DNA of 64,000 bases from an uncultured SAR86 cluster bacterium (lineage in GTDB: Bacteria; Pseudomonadota; Gammaproteobacteria; Magnimaribacterales; D2472). A program made the translations under genes and the position numbers. The notes beneath the pieces are model-generated. The model had not been told where the DNA came from and made no database searches. It saw nothing but the letters and a program-made list of their open reading frames with translations. The number at the start of each line of letters is the position of its first letter. Position 1 is the stretch's first letter. Positions 59,351 through 64,000 of the stretch are shown here, in pieces. Location of the stretch: contig CALSSL010000002.1 in the NCBI GenBank assembly GCA_943789005.1, positions 141,716 through 205,715 on the forward strand. Reading direction: 5' to 3'.

Positions 59351-60565
59351 CTATTTCTCCAATTCAAATGCATTGTGAAGGGCTCCGACTGCCAGATCTG
59401 TTTCATCCTCTTTTATAACAATTGTAATTTTTATTTCTGACGTACTTATCATTTGAATATTAATTCCAGCTTCAGATAAAGCTTTAAAAGCTGAACTAGC
59501 TATACCAGCATGAGACCTCATTCCAACGCCAACCAAAGAAACCTTGGCAATGTTTGAATCTATTAATAAATCATCAAACTCCAATGTTTTTCTGAGGTTG
59601 TGTATAACATCTGTCGCAGCTATTTCGTCTTCTTTTGATACTGTAAATGTGAAATCAGTTTTTCCATTAACGCTTACGTTTTGAACGATAACATCAACTT
59701 CAATATTAGCGTCGCTCAAAGGTCCTAATATCCCATAAGCCATTCCTGGAGTATCACTAACTCCATGAAGAGTAAATTTAACCTGATCTTTCTGAAAGGC
59801 TATTCCAGAAACTAGTCCATTTTCCATATTATTTTCCTCAAGTGATATTAGGGTACCATTTCCAGATTCAAAACTGGATAAAACTCTTACTGGTACTTTG
59901 TATTTATTTGCAAATTCTACTGCCCTAATTTGTATTACCTTTGCTCCCTGGCCTGCCATTTCAAGCATCTCTTCCATAGTTATAGTGTCTAATTTTTTTG
60001 CTTCGGGAACAATTCTGGGATCAGTAGTATAAATCCCATCAACATCAGTATAGATATCGCATCTCTCAGCTTTCATTTGTGCAGCTATTGCTACTGCTGT
60101 TGTGTCTGAGCCACCTCTTCCTAATGTAGTAACATCACCGGATTCTGTGATTCCTTGGAATCCAGTAATAATAGGAATAATTCCTGCATCAAGTGTTTCT
60201 TGAATTTTTTTGCCATCTACATCTAAAATTCTTGCTTTTGAATAGGTGCTAGTTGTCTTCATTGAAATCTGAGATGCAGAAAAAGATTTTGCTGGAACAC
60301 CTATTTGATGAAGGGCCATGGCTAAAAGAGCTGCACTTACTTTTTCACCCGTTGATATAAGCGCATCAAACTCTCTTCTGCTAGGATTATCTCCAAAGCT
60401 TTTTGCTAAACTTATTAATCTGTTAGTTTCACCGCTCATTGCTGATACTACAACTACAATAGAGTTATCAAGCGATGCTTTTTGAACTATCTTAGCTACA
60501 GACGCGATTCTTTCTTCTGAGCCAACAGATGTTCCTCCAAACTTTTGAACTATGATATTAGGCAT
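59351..60565 (-). CDS. lysC: Aspartate kinase
   Basis: 404 aa with KFGGTSV, the catalytic domain and two C-terminal ACT domains. Confidence 0.95.
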   Translation of the reverse strand: MPNIIVQKFGGTSVGSEERIASVAKIVQKASLDNSIVVVVSAMSGETNRLISLAKSFGDNPSRREFDALISTGEKVSAALLAMALHQIGVPAKSFSASQISMKTTSTYSKARILDVDGKKIQETLDAGIIPIITGFQGITESGDVTTLGRGGSDTTAVAIAAQMKAERCDIYTDVDGIYTTDPRIVPEAKKLDTITMEEMLEMAGQGAKVIQIRAVEFANKYKVPVRVLSSFESGNGTLISLEENNMENGLVSGIAFQKDQVKFTLHGVSDTPGMAYGILGPLSDANIEVDVIVQNVSVNGKTDFTFTVSKEDEIAATDVIHNLRKTLEFDDLLIDSNIAKVSLVGVGMRSHAGIASSAFKALSEAGINIQMISTSEIKITIVIKEDETDLAVGALHNAFELEK

Positions 60566-60571
60566 ATTTTT

Positions 60572-63148
60572 TTAGTTTGCGATGGATTTTACTGAATTTA
60601 AAATAGATGTCACGAATTCATTAAGATTTTTAGTCTCACCGGCTCCTTGAGCAAAATCTGGCCTTCCACCACCTTTGCCATCCAGCTGTTCACATAACAA
60701 AGAAACCACATCTTTTGCTGAAATCTTATCAACTAAATTCTCAGTTACTCCTGCAACAACTGCTACTTTATTACCAATCACATTCAACAAAACAATACAT
60801 CCTTTTGAAATCGAAGCTTTTTTACTATCAACCATTCCTCTTAAAAGCTTACTATCTTCAATGGCAACTTGCTCAACATGCAAAACCCAATCATCAATTT
60901 CATGAGACTCTGTTAAAACGATTTCTGCAGACTTAACTGACGTAGGACCGGTTTTTTTTAACTTCTTATTTTCTTCGATTAATGCCTCTACTTTTTCAAG
61001 TATTGCCTCTGCTGGAACATTTAATTTTTGCTGAAGTGATTCATTTACATTTCTTACTTTATTGATGAATTCTAAAGCTTTTTTTCCACCTAAGGCTTCG
61101 ATTCTTCTCACACCTGATGCAACACTAGATTGGCTGGTTATAACAAAAACTCCAACATCTCCTGTTCTTTTGATATGAGTGCCACCACAAAGCTCAACTG
61201 AAAAAGATTTTTCACCCATGCTTAAAACTCTTACTTCATCTTCATATTTCTCACCAAACAATGCCTGAGCTCCAGAACTAATTGCATCATCTAGGTTCAT
61301 GACTTCAGTTTTAACCTCAAGATTATTTAAAGATTCTTTGTTAACTATTTCTTCAATAGAGCATATTTCATCTTTCGTAAGAGGTTTAGGGTGAGAAAAA
61401 TCAAATCTAAGCTTTGACTCATCTACCAATGACCCTTTTTGTTGAACATGGTTTCCAAGAACCTGTTTGAGTGCTGCATGCAATAGATGTGTAGATGAAT
61501 GATGGATAGCTATAGCTGATCTTTTTTCTTTTTCAACACTCATATTAATTACATCACCATTTTTTAATGAACCTTTTTCGATAACTGCCTTATGTATAAA
61601 AACTTTTCCTTGTTTTTTACAATCTAAAATAGTACCAGTTGTCTTACCAGATATAAACCTGCCTGTATCTCCAACTTGACCGCCTGACTCTCCATAAAAA
61701 GGAGTTTTATCACAGGCAATAAAGATTTCTTCAGCCTCTTTTGCTTCCTCAACCCTATCTTGATTTTTCCAAAGAACTAAAATTTTAGATTCAGCTTCTA
61801 ACGACTCATAACCAAGGAATTCAGTCTCATCAATACCTGATGCAGCAGGTAGCGAAGAAACAAAACTACTTCCTGCTTTAGACGATCGTTTTTGTTGATT
61901 CATGCTGGTCGTGAAACCTTCTTCATCAATTTTTAGTCCTTTCTCTCTAGCAATATCTGCTGTTAGATCATACGGAAAACCAAAAGTATCATGAAGTTTA
62001 AATACTACAGTTCCAGGTATTACATCATCATCAAGATTATTAATTGCCTCTTCTAAAATATTTATTCCTTTATCTAGAGTTTCAAAAAATTTAATTTCTT
62101 CATCCTTTATGGTCTGAGTAATATGCTCTTTTTTTTCTTTGAGCAAAGGATATGCTTTATTCATTAACTTTTCTAAATCTTGGACCAGCATGTGTAAAAA
62201 TGGTTTTGTGGCACCCATCTTGTATCCATGTCTTATAGCTCTTCTTAATATCCTTCTTAAGACATAGCCTCTGCCTTCATTCTCCGGCACAATTCCATCA
62301 GCTATTAAGAAGCTGGTTGATCTAATATGATCTGAGATAACTTTATGTGACTCACTTTCATCATTACCTAAGACTCTCTGAGATGCTTTAATTAAATCTT
62401 TAAATAAATCAGTCTCGTAATTAGAATTTACTCCCTGCATCACTGCAGCAATTCTCTCTAGTCCCATACCTGTATCAACTGATGGTTTTGGCAGAGGACT
62501 CATCTTGCCCGAATCATCTCTGTTATATTGCATGAAAACTAGATTCCATATTTCTACATAACGGTCACCCTCATCACCATCAGATCCAGGAGGTGTTCCT
62601 TCAATATGATCACCGTGGTCGTAATATATTTCCGAACAAGGCCCGCATGGTCCTGTATCGCCCATTGACCAAAAGTTATCTTCATCACCAAGCCTTACAA
62701 TTCTTTCTGGCTTAACGCCAATTACTTCTTTCCAAATTTTTGCAGCCTCATCATCGTCTTTATAAACTGAAATCCATAATTTATCTTTTTCTAAACCCAA
62801 TACTTCTGTTAAAAACTCCCATGCATATTTGATAGCATCTTCTTTGAAATAATCTCCAAAGCTGAAGTTTCCTAACATTTCAAAAAAAGTATGATGTCTC
62901 AAAGTGTATCCAACATTCTCAAGATCATTATGTTTTCCGCCTGCCCTTATACATCTTTGAGAGGTTGTAGCGCGAACATACTTCCTTGATTCAGTTCCTA
63001 AAAAAACATCTTTGAATTGAACCATTCCTGCATTAGTAAATAATAAAGTCTCGTCATTTGCTGGTATAAGAGGGCTCGAATCCACAATATGATGCTCTTT
63101 AGAATTAAAGTATTCGAGGAAAGCTTGTCTTATGTCGCTAGTATTCAT
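60572..63148 (-). CDS. alaS: Alanine--tRNA ligase
   Basis: 858 aa with class II motifs, the editing-domain HxxxH/CxxxH (HHSSTHLLH, CGGTH) and a C-terminal DHHA1 domain. Confidence 0.97.
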   Translation of the reverse strand: MNTSDIRQAFLEYFNSKEHHIVDSSPLIPANDETLLFTNAGMVQFKDVFLGTESRKYVRATTSQRCIRAGGKHNDLENVGYTLRHHTFFEMLGNFSFGDYFKEDAIKYAWEFLTEVLGLEKDKLWISVYKDDDEAAKIWKEVIGVKPERIVRLGDEDNFWSMGDTGPCGPCSEIYYDHGDHIEGTPPGSDGDEGDRYVEIWNLVFMQYNRDDSGKMSPLPKPSVDTGMGLERIAAVMQGVNSNYETDLFKDLIKASQRVLGNDESESHKVISDHIRSTSFLIADGIVPENEGRGYVLRRILRRAIRHGYKMGATKPFLHMLVQDLEKLMNKAYPLLKEKKEHITQTIKDEEIKFFETLDKGINILEEAINNLDDDVIPGTVVFKLHDTFGFPYDLTADIAREKGLKIDEEGFTTSMNQQKRSSKAGSSFVSSLPAASGIDETEFLGYESLEAESKILVLWKNQDRVEEAKEAEEIFIACDKTPFYGESGGQVGDTGRFISGKTTGTILDCKKQGKVFIHKAVIEKGSLKNGDVINMSVEKEKRSAIAIHHSSTHLLHAALKQVLGNHVQQKGSLVDESKLRFDFSHPKPLTKDEICSIEEIVNKESLNNLEVKTEVMNLDDAISSGAQALFGEKYEDEVRVLSMGEKSFSVELCGGTHIKRTGDVGVFVITSQSSVASGVRRIEALGGKKALEFINKVRNVNESLQQKLNVPAEAILEKVEALIEENKKLKKTGPTSVKSAEIVLTESHEIDDWVLHVEQVAIEDSKLLRGMVDSKKASISKGCIVLLNVIGNKVAVVAGVTENLVDKISAKDVVSLLCEQLDGKGGGRPDFAQGAGETKNLNEFVTSILNSVKSIAN

Positions 63149-63150
63149 TG

Positions 63151-63669
63151 TTAGTAAGTTACTAATTTTTTATATTTTTTATAATTCTCTATATAGTGTT
63201 GAGCTCCTGTCGAAACCATTTTTTGCTCATCATCACTTAAAGTTCTCTTTATTTTTCCTGGCATTCCAATAACCATCGATCCATCAGGGATTTCCATTCC
63301 TTCGGTAATTAAAGCCTTCGCTCCAATAATACAATTTTTACCTATTTTGGCTCCATTTAAAACCACAGAACCTATACCAATGAGACTTCCATCACCTATT
63401 TCGCATCCGTGAAGCATAACCATGTGGCCAACTGTTACATTTTTACCTATTAAACATTTATAACCAGGATCGGTATGAATAACTGATCCGTCTTGAATAT
63501 TTGAACCTTCTCCAACCACTATGGGTTCATTGTCTCCTCTTAGAGTTGCATTAAACCAAATGCTTGCATCTTTAGATAACTGAACATCACCAATTACAAC
63601 TGCGTTGGGTGCTATATAAAAATCATCGCCTTCTGTTTTTAATTTTTTATCGCCTAAATCAATAATCAT
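63151..63669 (-). CDS. Gamma-class carbonic anhydrase-like hexapeptide-repeat protein (YrdA/PaaY family)
   Basis: 172 aa, left-handed beta-helix repeats with the His ligand pattern ([13 protein letters not shown]). Confidence 0.88.
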   Translation of the reverse strand: MIIDLGDKKLKTEGDDFYIAPNAVVIGDVQLSKDASIWFNATLRGDNEPIVVGEGSNIQDGSVIHTDPGYKCLIGKNVTVGHMVMLHGCEIGDGSLIGIGSVVLNGAKIGKNCIIGAKALITEGMEIPDGSMVIGMPGKIKRTLSDDEQKMVSTGAQHYIENYKKYKKLVTY

Positions 63670-64000
63670 ATTGTTCTCTAATAATATCTAAATCAGCTTT
63701 TATAACTTTATCAAAACAAGTATTTATAAAGTCTGCTGTTATCAGTGCTGTAAGACCCCATATTGTTTGATCATTATAAACCCAACTAGGCACTATTACA
63801 TTTGTATTCTTTCTTTCTATATTATGTTCACGGGCATTCTTTATTAAAAACTCTAATGGGACGGTAAATGTATGAGCTATTTCATCATTATCTATAAAAT
63901 TTTGCCTTTTTGTAACTAGGCCTATAAAAGGATTTACTTCGATTTTATGTTTTGAAATTAAATAGTTAAGAGAACCAAGGTAGGTAACATCATCTATATT
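63659..64000 (-). CDS. NUDIX-family CoA pyrophosphatase-like protein, C-terminal part (5' end beyond the window)
   Basis: My own translation of the minus strand is open from 64000 to a TGA at 63659-63661: ...[23 protein letters not shown]...[14 protein letters not shown]...[15 protein letters not shown]... The stop overlaps the next gene's start. Confidence 0.55.
   Translation of the reverse strand, partial: NIDDVTYLGSLNYLISKHKIEVNPFIGLVTKRQNFIDNDEIAHTFTVPLEFLIKNAREHNIERKNTNVIVPSWVYNDQTIWGLTALITADFINTCFDKVIKADLDIIREQYDY

Overview
AT-rich, tightly packed bacterial chromosome segment in which many neighbouring genes overlap by 1-8 nt. Core-gene order matches Gammaproteobacteria: hda/pgsA next to purM-purN, dnaX-recR, prfB-lysS, thrC-hom-dsbC-xerD-rplS-trmD-rimM-rpsP, and alaS-lysC-tRNA-Ser. 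A streamlined marine gammaproteobacterium is my inference only. I can support about 70 protein genes, 3 tRNAs (Val-GAC, Leu-UAG, Ser-GCU), a few promoters and terminators, and two tandem-repeat arrays. I see no CRISPR array, transposase, phage integrase, toxin-antitoxin pair or recognisable defence island, so this is mostly housekeeping DNA. Five things deserve a second look. (1) Two arrays of near-identical 15/18-nt repeats encode an acidic ([10 protein letters not shown])n low-complexity sequence. They are fused in frame to the 3' end of rpsP (S16) and the 5' end of rplS (L19), and they bracket rimM-trmD as direct repeats. (2) A compact leader lies upstream of a Xanthomonas/Bacteroidetes-type arginine operon (argF'-argG-argAB-argC-argH). 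It has a promoter, a 14-codon ORF with tandem Arg codons, alternative hairpins and an intrinsic terminator, which looks like an Arg-codon attenuator. (3) An A10 run in dnaX sits at the tau/gamma boundary, with near-immediate stops in both alternative frames. (4) A sigma-32-like promoter and a structured 5' UTR precede the small heat-shock gene. (5) There is a high density of single-nucleotide frame disruptions, about 15 in total. Most lie between 36.7 and 47.7 kb, and they hit essential genes (lysS, prfB) as well as thrC, recR and dsbD. I read these as sequence or assembly errors rather than true pseudogenes, but only read-level data can decide.
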